Source of the DNA: Marsupella aquatica
Lineage: Eukaryota > Plantae > Marchantiophyta
Assembly (NCBI GenBank): GCA_973895155.1
Contig: OZ316895.1
Location: 14,550,548 to 14,614,547 of the forward strand
Direction of reading: 5' to 3'
DNA: 64,000 bases
The translations under genes were made by a program, and so were the position numbers. The notes beneath the pieces are model-generated. The model saw nothing but the letters and a program-made list of their open reading frames with translations. It did no database searches and was not told where the DNA came from. Below, one piece after another: positions 35,951 through 49,262 of the stretch; the stretch's first letter is position 1; each line of letters opens with the position of its first letter.

Positions 35951-38255
35951 AAGATATATTCGTGATTAAAGCTTTTGGATCCTTGCAGAGTTTCGGACAC
36001 TTGAAAGTTGCTGTAGCATTTGACTTAACGTCCATCGTAGATTGATATCTATATCAAATCCTTACCATCCATTCAAAATAAGACTCATCTTTTATTTCAG
36101 ACTTGCTTTGATTGCGGCTGGTTTGGTCATTAGTTATACTTTTAAATTCAAAATTATCAAAGGATTCTAAATACAAAGTCCTTTCATGTAATCCTTGTTT
36201 TTCATACTATTAGATACAAGAGAATTCATATCAAAGTCCTTTACTTAGTTGTTCCTTAAGGGTACACCCAATTGTGAATGGGGCCTGGAGTCAATCAATC
36301 CAATCAAAGAGACCTGATTGAATAGAGGCAGAGCACAATCAACAAAATTTCAATCAAGGTGAGATCTGAAAAGGCACCACACCCTATAGAGAACGAATGT
36401 TGCACTAGGGCTCAACAATCGGAGGGTGAAAAGGACTGAAGGAAATTTGAGGGATGGAAACCTCATGAGAAGACAACACAGTGATCACCGACACAGCCAC
36501 GAAGCCATGCAAAAGGGGGAGAATCGATGCACAAGCCTAAAACGGCAAAATTTGGACCCTGGAGGCTTTTCGAGAAACCATTGACAAAACTTGATAAGTG
36601 CAAAACCCCCATACTTGCAACTCATTATAAAGAGTATTTTTACTTACAAAAGAATCAGATCACTTAAAGCATCTTTTTCATTGAAGCTTTTAAATCACTT
36701 TAAGATACATGTGTAATCCTTAACCTAAATCACCTTTACACAACACATTGAATACATATAACATGGTTATTACACCATTAATATCACTTTCCACCATAGG
36801 GGGAGGAAAGCACATTGTACCCACGTACAACTATCTCCCACCTCCTAATGTCATTTTGGTGCATTCACCTTCTAGTACCATTTGAACTTATACACCTTCT
36901 GGTATCATTTGATCTCATAAGATCCAAAGGGACTCAGATAAGGGACTTTCCATGACTAACAAAGGTAAAGGTAGAGATGATTTGATAATGGGCAAAGCCC
37001 CTAATCTCATCTATACATGAGTTAATGAGGGAGTTAATATGAGCAAAGTCCGTAATCTAACCCCTACATTCTCTTGATCAGTGGGCATTCCTATCGGACC
37101 TTACCTATAGATGAGTTCCAAATCTTAGAGATATTCCTCACACTCACAATTTCAAGAGAAAATAACATGCATTTTATGCAGATCAATGGGAAGAAACTTC
37201 ATTCTCTCTAACTTATCTACTCAAAAACTTAAACCAAACTCATACACTACAATGGAAAATACCTCTGTACTTGGCCATACTTGGCTATACCAGGAGTTTG
37301 CCACTCCATGACACTCTTGTCAAAACAACACAAAACATTGCAGACGTGCAAGGCAGAAGTGCCCATTTTAAGACAAATCATGCACACCCTCTGGTGATGC
37401 CATTTTAAGAAAATTTATATATTCTCTCACAAGGCACACCCTGTTCTACAAGAGAAAACAACTTTTCAATATACATGATTTCTCCATGTGCCCACTGCAC
37501 ATGCATCCATAGTTAAGGATCTCAAACTCAACTTGAGAAGGAAATAGTACATGTACCTCAACCTCATGTTGAGGGGGAGATAACATCATTCAAACCATAC
37601 ATATCCAACATAGGATAAAATCCATGTAATATACACAAATTACATACAAATACCCAATTATATTCTCCTACAAGGAGCAGAAGTTATTATTTCTACCCCA
37701 CACTTGACATTTGATAACACAAACCTATGACCACAAGATGTAGCAACATACTATCATACCACTTTCATCTTTGAGGGGGAACAACACAATGTGATTTTCC
37801 AGCTACTAACCTAAGCTCCTCATTATATTGGACATGAACTTGATTTGTTTGTTGCCAGGCTTCATCTAAGATATTGCAAACTTCTGGAGACAATTGAAAT
37901 TCCTGTTGCATCTTAATACCTTTGACGACCCTACATACCATGCGATTGACTTACGACACATGATATGTACCAATTGAAGACTCCACCTACTGCTAATGCA
38001 TTTTCCTTTATCGCCAAGAGGATCAACGGGCTGTACTCTTTTCCTTTAGGGTCATATTTTTTTTCTCTACTACCCTAGTAGAGTTGTTTTTTACCTCAAT
38101 CTAGCCCCGCTAAAGGTTTTAACGAGGCAGTCCACCTCTTTGGTCGACTTTAACATGCGTATCTATAAGCATGATGATAAATTATCATTTTTTTGTCTAG
38201 CTCTAGGACTAGTCTAGATTGTCTTCATAATTCCCATTATGTCGCCAAGGGGGAG

Positions 38256-38403
38256 TGTTATGAGTCATCTAGCCCCAGACTAGACTAGAGTCACTATACC
38301 ATGGTTATATATACCTTAACCATACCTGTACACACATATATATAAAGTAGAACCGTGACCCTAATCGGTATCTGATTCATTCTCAATTCATTCTCTCTTA
38401 ACA
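38256..38403 (+). repeat. 3' LTR (148 bp)
   Basis: Direct repeat of 19043-19186 preceded by the PPT. Confidence 0.95.
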
Positions 38404-39908
38404 TCTGGCTATTTCTAGACCAAAGTGGTCTTTCTTCCAATCCACGTACATCATGTTTGTATATTTATGAACTAAGTCTTAGACAATGAAGCTAAGAAGA
38501 GATTGAAAGTCAATACGTCTCTTAGAATGCTAGATCAATGATGTGGAATCTCTATTCTTCATCTCGATTTACGTTACGCTCAAAGAATGGGTAGGTGAAC
38601 TGGGATGATATACTGGAAGATGCCTCTCTATTTACTCCTGGGTCTAAATTTCCTAGTTGATAATTAGTCTCAGTAAAGCAACGGCAATGTAGACTAAACA
38701 AAGTGTGAACAGGATGAATTTTTTTCTACAGACTAAATTTAAACTTGAACAAAAATGTCGACTAATCTGGCTTGTACAGTAGATGAAGGGCATCATTCGG
38801 TGAAGAGCATTCAAATTTACACGCAATGCAGGTTGACAAAGCGCAGTCTCACTGATTTGGAGATTTTGAGACTCCTTCCATTCTGGAATTGGTTATAATA
38901 CGAAAATAGGAGTTTTAAAGGGTGCATTCTCTGTAATGGGGAGACTTTGGGCGTCGACCCCCATCATGTATGAGATTACGATCTCGTACTGTTCTTTGTC
39001 CCTTACTTTTGCCTAGATCAGTGCCTCGTCTTTCGCATAGTTGTCTGATGGTCATTAGTGAGTCATCTCTCACTGTCTTATCGTTGCTTAGTTACAGGTG
39101 ATTCCCCTTGCCGGGGTGTTGTTACTGGCTGTTACTTATAGACTAGATGTGGTGTCTCCAATTGATTATTCCATCATTTTCCCCATCCTTCCAAGAAAGA
39201 GGAAAGAGGGACAGGAGTAGTAAACCGAGCACAAAGAAAGGAAGGTGATGCCGAAGTTGCCGATAGAATGATCGCCAGGAACTGGGCAACGAAACAACGT
39301 GTCAAAACATTTCCTGAACATAGATGGGGATTGAACTTCCTTTATTAATTAATATGTTTGTAGTGGATACGAGAGATGCAGAGACAACGTCACGTAAACT
39401 TCTTTTCTTGTGGGCGGCACGAAAGAAACGCAAGAGCACGGAAATCATTTTTATCATGGAAGGAATGGAGGTTTGAAACGATATCAGAACAAAAATTTGA
39501 CAGATTGCAGGTCTACCTGTCCTGAACGTCCCTCGACATGGAAGATACACTACAGAAGGTTACAGGTCGATCTGCGTGCAAACCGAGCTGCAGCTGGGAC
39601 CGACGCTAGTGGAATTTCTCCTCTGAAATCTAGAAGACCTGAATGTTGTACTTTGCCGTAGAAGTTCCAACTTAGGATGACTTCACGAAAAATTTAGGAA
39701 GATGCCCCAGCCATAATTGGGTTTTCAGTGACTGGAATTCATCTAAAAAATTTTGATGTAGAAAAGTAAGCTTGCCCCTAGAAGTTAAAATTCCAAGGAC
39801 AAGCAATGGAAGTACACGAGATAATGTAATTTAAGACGCTAGGCAAAGCGATAGGGATCAATTCTATCGACAAGCCTGGAAGGGGATACGTGAAAAGTGA
39901 GTTGTCGG

Positions 39909-39960
39909 TATGGGACTGCTGATGTCCATGTTATGGGACTGCCGATGTCCATGTTATGGA
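39909..39960. repeat. Short tandem duplication (~23 bp x2)
   Basis: tatgggactgc(t/c)gatgtccatgt repeated. Confidence 0.8.
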
Positions 39961-40861
39961 CGTACTTTCCAATGCGAGGTTGTTGGTTAAGGAGTTGTAT
40001 GGAGCTAATTATGGAACTTCGGTAAAATCTTCGGTTCTCTCCGTGATTTTAAAAGTATCTCCATTGTGCTAAATAATGAAACCGTGGAAGACAGCTGTAA
40101 AAAGTTGACACACATTGATTTAGAGTACTGTGCAACATCACAAGCAACAGGAATTTTGCGCTTGTTGGGAAAGAAATAAAAAGGTTCCCTGAGTAATTAA
40201 GACGCCTAAAAATGATGCAATACAAGGAAAATGAATTTTTAACTCAATTACACTTTTGGTCGCTCCCAATTATTTAGTTGAACTGTAAGTCTAGAAAACT
40301 TAATGAAAACAATTTAGTAGCAAATGTTTGTCAACAAGCACTACTGTATTTGAAAAACTACAAATAGTTAGTGTACAGTAAGTCAAAAGGCAAAGTCAAA
40401 AGACAATATGAAAAGAAAAATTTGGGTAAGTCAAGCGACAGTATTAAAACAAGAATACACCATTTTAAATGTAGAAGTTGATATAGCAAAGCCAGTGAGT
40501 GCAACGCTCTACAAGCACAATATGATAGACGAGCACAACACCCTCCCCCCCCCCTCTCCCGCGCGGCAAACAGTAAAGCTTTTCTCTCTTAGAATGTTTG
40601 CTTTGAGAGCAGAAGCATGGGGTAAGACCATATATAAAACTATATTTTGGCGCAATAATCAATCATTGAAAGTAGAATTAGAGAAAGTTTGTTTGGCCAT
40701 TTTTAGAAAATTGGTATCAAAATGATTTGGACAAAAAGTAAATTTGCATAGTTCCTATTCAGTCGTTGCATTAATTTATTAACATTTTTTGGTACTGCTT
40801 CTAGGGAAAAAGTCTGTGTTGGAATCTCAGAACAGGCTACAATAGAATTGCACCTCAGTAA

Positions 40862-41004
40862 TTGCCCAAAGAGGCATGATTTTGTGATGGCTCATTTGAA
40901 TAGAGTGTTGATAGGTCTTGGGTTCAACTATTGTGGCTCACTCTTCCCTTTCTGTGAGGTTTCACAAATTTCCCCTAAAAATAAAAATTTAAAAAATTTA
41001 AAAT
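40862..41004 (+). mobile_element. Short SINE-like retroposon
   Basis: 14 bp TSD ttgcacctcagtaa (40848-40861, 41005-41018), A-box-like tggctcatttg, B-box-like gggttcaact, A-rich tail. Confidence 0.7.
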
Positions 41005-44000
41005 TTGCACCTCAGTAAACTGCATTGTATGGGTCTAACAACTACAATTGAACAAACACTTTCAATCATGCACTTTACAAGTTCCATATATATCATGCTC
41101 AGCCTGGAACTTGCTTCTGTATTTTCCCAGTAGCAGATTAAAAGGACAGAATCCTATCTCAGTGATCTGAATTAAACAAGAAATTATTTCTAAATCAAGC
41201 AATAATTTTTAAAAATTAATAGATGTGTTACTGCTAAATGCAAACAAGGCGAGCTCTGTTGGTAGACAATTAATTCTGCCTGCAAAAGTAATAGTTGATG
41301 CCAACAACTGAAAATTTTCATTTCAATATATAACAGTATTGGAGCACCCATAATAGCGTTCCAGATATTTAGGGTTTAGGGTTTAATGAAGCTCATGCAA
41401 TGGGGAAGGATTTATGTTTAGAGTTGCCTTTTTATGTTAGCCCTTGGATAAATGGATGGCATTTGTTTCCGCTCAAGTGTCGCTAATGATGCTCATGCAA
41501 TGGGGAAGGATTTATGTTTAGAGTTGCCTTTTTATGTTTTTACTGAATGGTTGATAGTATAAAAAGAAAATGATGTCATTTTCTTGTCTATTTTACATCT
41601 CGGAAAAAAAATTCCAACATTGCTGATTTGGGTTAAATGTAAATGTACATTTTCTTTAAAGGGGCAAAAAAATGTATCAAAAGTAACTGTTTCTTTTTGT
41701 GCAAAAAGGGTTTGAAATTAATCATTAGGGTAGTTATTTTGATAAATGTCTTATTGTAAAAGCACATCAAAACTCTAATTTATGCTAAAATAAAATAGGC
41801 TGAAAAAACGTAACTATGGTTTGCCATATAGCAATGTCGGAATTTTTGGAGCACCCATAATAGCGTTCCAGAGTATCGCAATGGTGTGTCAACGGTTGCA
41901 AAAGGTGCAGGATTCAATCATCAACCTCCACAGCCGTTATGTTAATTTTTTACTGAAGGCAGTTTTTATGCTCCTTTCGTGCCGTCCTTTGAACTGTACG
42001 TCTAGTTTTTTATGCTCTTTTCGTGCCAACTTTGAGGAGTCTAGATAGATAAGAAAAAGTGAATAGGCTACTGCAGTGCCCTTCGAGTCACCACCATCTT
42101 GCCATTAGATATAACATGGGAGTAGGAATGACATAGATTCATCATCAACTGTGACGTATGAGTCCATAGGAGGTCAGCATTTCAGATCGATGACCCCAGT
42201 CTCAAACGCGTGACGTCATATTGTTGACCACAGAGTGATCCTAGACATTGTAAAATCGTTCAAAGTTTTCCCATTTTCGTTTAAAAGATCACATTAATAT
42301 CTTTAAACTAATACTTTACGATGTAATAAAGCGTCAAACATTTAGTAGACACAAGTTTCATAGGTCTTTTGGGTTCTAGAAGTCCAATCCCATTCAGACC
42401 CAGTAGGCGCTTTGTTAGCAAGATTTCCAGATGAGCCAAGAGGCCTTACACTTCAGCATCTAGTCCTCTTCATTTACCAGTTCATTTACTTTCATGTAGG
42501 GGACTGAAGCTACAGTTTTCACTTGTTCTACAGTTAGCTACCCATACGTAAACGAGTTGCAAGTGATATCCACGCCAACTGAACCCGAAAACATTATTTA
42601 TGAAAATTTATCACATGTAATGGCTGACCATATAATTCACTCTGGCATTTCACCTGACTGATGACACGACTCCATCTCTGAACCGGGTAAAAAACAGCAG
42701 CCATTCACGTCCACAACTTCGAACCCCGATTCGAACCCAAAATTGATAGTACGTTGTGCACAAGACTCAGTGCACGAGAACAAACTTACTAACACACAAT
42801 ATATGACGGAGTGGAATTTTAGGTGGCGAAACATCGATGTCACGGACAAAGAGATATGTCACGAACAAAGAAGTAAACAATCAACATGCTCATGGTAATC
42901 GGAGTGATCATGTAGATTGACAAACAGTAAACCACATAAGAGACACCACAGGTTCTCGATTATGTTACAGGAAGAAGATGATTGTTCGAATGCTAAGTTC
43001 TGTTGCCCACGTCAAGTTTGTCCCTGAGTCTCAAATGCTCCAGCCTCGTTGCTTCAAACAGACAACCGACAAGTTTCATGACAACTCTGATTTTCTGTAC
43101 TTGATTTCTCGGTGACTAGCTTTACGGCATCCGGCAGTGTTTGTCTGTTTGTCTTGAACGGTTAACTTTACTGTTGGGTAAAGATATAAAAGGAGAAGGA
43201 ACGCATGGACAAGGACCACAAGGGCAAAACGCATCCGTCCGAGGGTCCAGAGATCTCAAAATGTGAAATTTATGACAGAAGTAAAGCTAACTGCGATTAC
43301 CAGCCAGTGCCTCAGAGACGAGAAACCTAACATGGCGTCAAATTAATGCATCTTTCAGCCAGGGGGAAGCTCCGGTATACACTACTATCATCCTAAGGGA
43401 GGCGGGGGAAATCCGACCTGAGTAACCTTTAAAACGCTGTAGCGTGAACAGCCATCCCTCCAGTGATAGTTCTCTACGATTCCAATCTTGTGAGCTAGAG
43501 AGCCCGATGTACTCGTTAAAGTTTGCAGCTGCCAAGAACCAATCCAGAGATTTGAGTGTCTGAAGGTATTGTTCTCCCCGGGGACTTATACATGACTTTG
43601 CAACCCGGGTTTCCAACGTACGTAGAACATAAGATCAGGAAGCTTGATTGGTCAATTCAAGGACGGTCTTCGAGCTTCTATAATGTGATTTCTGATTTTA
43701 CACTGTCGCTCCAGATACAAGACTTGTGTCCCCGGTGACGATCAGACAATGCTTCCGGAGAATAGGTTTCTGCAATGGACGTCTGACTGACGAGGATCGA
43801 AATGCACCCGCAATGTACGACAAACTCTGTCGTAATGTCAAAGGCCACGGAAACATGCATTGGATCCTAAATTGTTTAGCAAAACCGAAAGGCTTACTGG
43901 TATAAAAGGAGTGTGTACCAAGATCATCTGTTGGTTCCGCCTACTGGAGGGTCATTTAGTTCTTCTTCAGCGTGGACAAAGTAACTAATTAATTCCCCAT

Positions 44001-45840
44001 GTGCCAGGCAAGAGAGCTTACCTAACCATCGAACAAGTAACAGGCAAGCGGAGCATAGAAGGGAATAGAACATTTCGTGTACCAAAAAGTACCTTAAGAG
44101 TATCGAGATGGTGAAAAGATGCGGGCTGAAAACTATCAGGAAAGGAGTCTCCCGTAGATCAACAATTGTACTCATACAGCCGCGAGATCATGATGCGATT
44201 AGTATCTACGAAACGGCGAGAATAAAAAATCTGCTTTACTCCATGTGACACTTTTAGACTTAGTTATTAAAAATAATGGAGAAAAACGCGCCTTGGCACT
44301 GCTTTACGTAGTCAGTTGCAGTGCCAGGTCAGTTCTCCAAACAAACGAAGGGGAAAAACACAGTTAGCTGTCCATATAAATTAATGCCCTCAATCGATCC
44401 GAGTACAACTATTTGGAGTTTGGGTCGGGAGAGAACCTGATTTGGATCAAATGGGTCAAACTGTCGTGTGGCAAGGACCGTCGTACAATGATTTTGAGTG
44501 CTTCTAGAAACATTTTTGACAACTTGGATGCCTCTCGTGCACGCACAAGCAAATCCACCACATTCCTTGGAAAAAACAAAGCCCAAGTTGTTTAAAGGAA
44601 TATAAAGTTGATTTTGAACAGCTCGGCTTTCAAAAGAAAATCCAAAACAATAGTACATGTGAGAAACTCACTTGAATGGCGTCAGTTTCGTTCGGTTCAG
44701 AGTACCAAGTCACTTAGTTGGAAAATTTCCAAGCTAGGTTTGAACGCCCTTTCGCAAAACTTGAAGCGCACAAAGGAACGCAAGGCAGAGAAGCACGACA
44801 GGTGGCCGGCAGGGTCTTTAGTACTCATGCCGAAAAAGCTTGGGCCCCTTTTCTGCACACATGCACACAGTACTTTTATGTCTACCTTTGAACTTTGCTG
44901 GCAGCACTTTTCCTTTCACCGCAGTCAACGGGTTTACTATCCATCTGAACCGCAAACGGACAATTCGGTTCGTTGTAAGAAATTCTTCGCGGTGACTTGG
45001 GTGAACATCGCCGACACACAGTGAGGAGAATCATCATTAGATCACTGTGCGTAAGTGCACGTGTATAAGTGCATCCATTGGATAAGTGCAGGCTGATCCG
45101 TATCCCTTAAAATTTGTGTTTGTCTTTATATGTGCACCCAAAAACACAGATTTTGTAAGAGTTGTTATGGTTGTGTTCTCATTGCAGCCATGTGGGCGTT
45201 GATGTCAAACTACACATGTATGATCGACACAAAAATGTCAATGTGAGACAAAGCGGGAATTGCAGGTGAGAATTGTTGCTGCCATCGTACACTTTTGGTA
45301 ACTCAAATAATACCCCATTGCCTGTTCCATAGAAATGTCAAGGGGATACAAGAACTGTAAGTTGGTGGACAAGGAAATGCTGGTGTTATGACTGTGTCAT
45401 TTGTCCAGTGCAAAGTCTCATAATTTTTTTAAGGTGATTGTCATTTTGTTAATTTTGTTAATTTTGTTAAGAAATGCAATCATTTGTGTAAATGTTGTTA
45501 TTGTGAAAGGGTTCTGGGTTGGGAGTGCAAGGGTGTGGGGAAGCAAGACAAGTTACACCACCCATAAGTCTTGAATTCCAAGAGTGATCATGTGGCAGGG
45601 GGGGGGGGGGGGGAGGGGAGATATATATATATAAATTTCTCTTGTATTTAATACATTTCAAATATTTTTATTTCTTGTATTATTATTTAATCTGCTTAAT
45701 AAATTATTTTCATATTGGGCAAGGATGAAGCAGGACAGGCAGGTGAAGGAGCACCTAGGAGCGTATGGTGGACCTGATGGTGCAGAAAAATCAGTGTATG
45801 ATGAATGGGTTTTTCCCTGCCATTTTCCCCCTTTTAAAGC

Positions 45841-46188
45841 TATTGAGCAAAGACGACAGTCATTCACAACAATATGCCCGTAACCATCCAACAATCAAGT
45901 AATCGACCCAGAGAGATATGTGGTTCACTTCTACATGAGACTACGTCAACAGGAACACACAAGAGCTTATTGCACTCTAGGCCGATAGACCATATCAAGT
46001 ATTCACAACACAAGCTCTCTCTATCTTTCAACTAGCTCCATAAAAATGAGCCTGAGTTCCCCCTCTCCAAACAAACACCACGTGGATATAGAGTGTGCAC
46101 AACATGACTAACGTAACCAAGTTTGCGACTAAGGTTAGTCTTAACTACGATACAATCGTAACTCTAGACCTAAGAGTAAATCCTAACA
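45841..46188 (-). mobile_element. Probable solo LTR of a Tork-like copia family
   Basis: Minus strand begins tgttagg and contains gttgacgtag...gaaccacat, resembling gtggacgtag...gaaccacgt in the 9096 LTR; similar size; no clean TSD. Confidence 0.5.
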
Positions 46189-46802
46189 AAACTAACCCCG
46201 GCCCCCAATTTTTGCTGTATTGTTTATATATGTTTGATCTAAACCATCACTAAAATGATTTATCCATTAAGACAATGCTTACCTAAGAAACACCTATTGA
46301 CAAGTGCAACAGACAATTGCAAAGAGTGGTTTCATGTCTTAGAGCCTTCCCCTCAATCTTTCCAGTTATTATGTGAGGGTTTGGATATGAGGGGTCAGAT
46401 GTGTGTGACTTGACAACACTAGGTGGGGAAATGCATAAGCTAAATTTGCCATCATGCAATTATGCCTATATTGGACAGTGCACATATGGAAATGCATAAA
46501 TGATTCCATACGCACTTATAATACATTGCATATCATATATAAGTGCATAGGGTCCTTCCAGGAGTATGCACTTCTCGAACGCAGAATGGTAGAAACGAGC
46601 TACGGAAGGTAAACTACGCCGTCATTGTAGACCCTCATGTGTTATGAATCTGTCCGAAAGTTTGGGGAATCAATTCGATCGGGAGAGAAAAAAAGACCTC
46701 GACTGTACGGTGAGGCTACGACCTTTTTGGGGGGTCCCGAAGAAGAATAGCGGAATACATAAAGGAACAAGAGAGGAGACTCTATGCATTCACTGTGGAC
46801 GA

Positions 46803-46826
46803 TGACGTCAAGAAGAAATGACGTCA
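46803..46826. promoter_or_regulatory. Tandem TGACGTCA palindromes (bZIP/TGA-type sites) upstream of the ERF gene
   Basis: Perfect tgacgtca at 46803-46810 and 46819-46826, about 440 bp before the ATG. Confidence 0.55.
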
Positions 46827-47261
46827 TGTGTTTCAAGTCCTTTCACTTATGCTCTCAGTCTCAGATGTGAACACTCTAGAGGAGTAGAGGGGGATTTTTG
46901 CTGTCTACTGTAGGTGCGTGGACCCTGGTCCCAGGGATTCCCGTCCCGGGTTCATAAGTACCAATTCATGCTCTGAACTTCACTAGTTCAAAATCATTCA
47001 ACGACTGCAATTCAGCTCGTGCAGAATGCGGTGAGATCTGCAGAAACAGAGTGACTTGTTAAGGTAGTGAAAGCGAGTACGGACAGAGAACCCACAGAAC
47101 GGGAGTCAAACGCAAATTGTGACCCAGACGGGTTCTCAAAGGAGGAGCAGGGGAAGACAGGCTCGATGAGTTCAGGAATTGATCGATTAGTCTACGATCA
47201 AGTGGTCTGGTAGTTGGTTGCGAGCTGCTTACAGTAGGTTTGTCATTATAGAGGTCTGAGG

Positions 47262-49262
47262 ATGTTTAATGGTTTGGGGTCGAGGGCAGCGACCTCGAGA
47301 ATGCAACTCGAAAAACCGGCACCGGCGCAGAGTGGGATAGGAGGGGCATGTGGGCTGGTTTACTCGAAGGAGGAGAATTTTTTTCTGGAGTTCCTACAGA
47401 AGCACTCGAAGGACGACTTGTTGGATGATACGATTCTTGAGAGCATTCAAGAGTCGTCCAATTCATCGTGCTCACCAGGCACAGCTTCGGTCCAGGGATT
47501 CCCTCAGAGTGAACAGAGCGATTGCTCCACACTCTCGCAAGGGCTTGATTTCCTTTCCAACCCAGTCGACTCTGTAGTCAATGACGACAGCCCTCCTGCG
47601 GAGGACGAAGAAGTGGGCGCTTTCCTTTCTCTGATGGACATAGTGGTGCAAGAGGAGAGTAGACTGTCTGCGAAGGTAGCGGAAATTGAGAAGCTCGCGG
47701 CGGGAAAGAAGGATTTCACGGCAGATTCGACGGGAGGACAGGGTGGAGTGTGGCTGATTGCCCAGAGGCTGAAGAACAGCTTGGGCGACAGGATGGCTGA
47801 GAGCATTCGCGGCAAGGTGGGCGATTTGGTGGGGAAGAGCGAGGGAATTGAAAGCCCAACACAATCAAGTGAGCTGGACCAGCATTTCTGGACGAGTTTC
47901 CCGTCTCCATCTTCTCCTTCCTCCTCCGAGCCATCCCCCACATTTGCAGGCTCTGCTAAGAAAGGGAGGGATTTCAGTTTTGGAGAAGAGTTCTTGAACC
48001 TGGAGTCCTCGTCTGCCAATTCTGCTCATTTCTCTTTATCCATTCCTCGTTCCAGCTCCGGCATCTTGTCCTCAGAATCGTCGGAGAAGAATCGCAGGAA
48101 TAAGAAGGGGCCGTTGCCGAGCCTTGTGCTTCCTCCGCCCTGTGCCGTAGCAGAGAGATTCATCCGTGAGAGTGAAAATTTGCTGAAGGTGTCTCCCGCA
48201 GCCTGGGCCCCATCTCCTCGCTTGAGCCCTTTTGGCACCAAACGGATATGCAGCACTCCACCTAGCTTGAGTGCTCACTTATCGCTGCCAAATGAGCCAC
48301 TCCCACTGAACGAGCATGATTCGGAGGACATGTTTTTGTATGGCATTCTCAAGGAGGCAGCGAGCACAGGCTGGGATCCCCCCGCTCCACACTCTGAAGC
48401 CCCTGTTCTGCCTCCTCTTGAGCCGATGAAGAAACCCCTAGTGAAAGCTGCGGACGTTGTTGCAGTTCCTCATCCCAAGGCTAGGGGCAAGGTAACCTAT
48501 CCAACTTCTCCCTCAGCAGCAATTCAAGCCAGACAGCAGCAGCAGCAACCACCAAAGCCCGCGTTGCCGGTGAAGCCTCAACACCATCACTACCGGGGTG
48601 TGAGGCAAAGACCGTGGGGCAAATTCGCAGCAGAGATCAGAGACTCGGCCCGCGCGGGAGCTCGCATATGGCTTGGGACATTTGATACAGCAGAGCAAGC
48701 AGCTATGGCATATGATCAAGCGGCCTTGGCGATGAGAGGGTCAAGAGCCCTCCTGAATTTTCCTGCAAGGCTAGCCGTGGCATCATCTCTCCGAAATTCT
48801 AGCATTAACAATGCGGTGGCAGACAAGGTGAATGCCAAGATTTTGGACTCCAGACAACAGCATCAGAATTCTCTTAAGGCATCTGCTCAACGGGCGAGCC
48901 AGAGTGGTCCGAACAGAAGTGAGTCTTCTGTGAGTACTAGCCAATCATCTGCGGGCAAGAGACCACGAGAAGAGGTTGGTGCAGCTACCCCAGAGGTTGT
49001 ACCTCATCCTAAGCTTGCGCGCATTAAGACACAACAGCAACAACAACCGCGACAACAACATTTGCCTCAAACACAGCAACAGCAGCCACAACTACTATCA
49101 CAACAACAACAACAGCCAACTGAGCTCATGGAGATGGAAGACATGGGAGTGGATTTCTTGGAAGAGCTTCTTTCCAGCAGTGGGGCTGAGTTCGACACAG
49201 GGGTACCACCTCTGCTTCCAGGCTTGGAAGAATCGGGGGACTTCTTTCCGGATTTTTTCTGA
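47262..49262 (+). CDS. AP2/ERF transcription factor, group IX-like (666 aa, single exon)
   Basis: AP2 domain [54 protein letters not shown]; group-IX motif [20 protein letters not shown]; C-terminal EDLL-type motif [14 protein letters not shown]; uninterrupted ORF. Confidence 0.95.
   Translation: MFNGLGSRAATSRMQLEKPAPAQSGIGGACGLVYSKEENFFLEFLQKHSKDDLLDDTILESIQESSNSSCSPGTASVQGFPQSEQSDCSTLSQGLDFLSNPVDSVVNDDSPPAEDEEVGAFLSLMDIVVQEESRLSAKVAEIEKLAAGKKDFTADSTGGQGGVWLIAQRLKNSLGDRMAESIRGKVGDLVGKSEGIESPTQSSELDQHFWTSFPSPSSPSSSEPSPTFAGSAKKGRDFSFGEEFLNLESSSANSAHFSLSIPRSSSGILSSESSEKNRRNKKGPLPSLVLPPPCAVAERFIRESENLLKVSPAAWAPSPRLSPFGTKRICSTPPSLSAHLSLPNEPLPLNEHDSEDMFLYGILKEAASTGWDPPAPHSEAPVLPPLEPMKKPLVKAADVVAVPHPKARGKVTYPTSPSAAIQARQQQQQPPKPALPVKPQHHHYRGVRQRPWGKFAAEIRDSARAGARIWLGTFDTAEQAAMAYDQAALAMRGSRALLNFPARLAVASSLRNSSINNAVADKVNAKILDSRQQHQNSLKASAQRASQSGPNRSESSVSTSQSSAGKRPREEVGAATPEVVPHPKLARIKTQQQQQPRQQHLPQTQQQQPQLLSQQQQQPTELMEMEDMGVDFLEELLSSSGAEFDTGVPPLLPGLEESGDFFPDFF

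Larger units (their letters stand above)
19043..38403 (+). mobile_element. Non-autonomous LTR element (Bianca-like copia derivative) with short LTRs enclosing ~19 kb
   Basis: LTRs 19043-19186 and 38256-38403 (TG..CA; 2 substitutions plus a 4 bp indel), TSD cctgg/tctgg, PBS cgttatcagcacgac, PPT aagggggag, 3' UTR motifs tgtactcttttcc and ggttttaacgaggca; no gag/pol ORF recognised. Confidence 0.9.

Noticed and set aside
19877-37391. gagggtatgcat / atgcacaccctc as Sola2-type GRG..CYC termini
   Set aside because: Only 11/12 bp and the flanks (tttt vs tggt) give no 4 bp TSD; such a match is expected by chance
45043-46585. taagtgca / tgcactt motif clusters as MITE termini
   Set aside because: The inverted match is short and gapped, with no TSD
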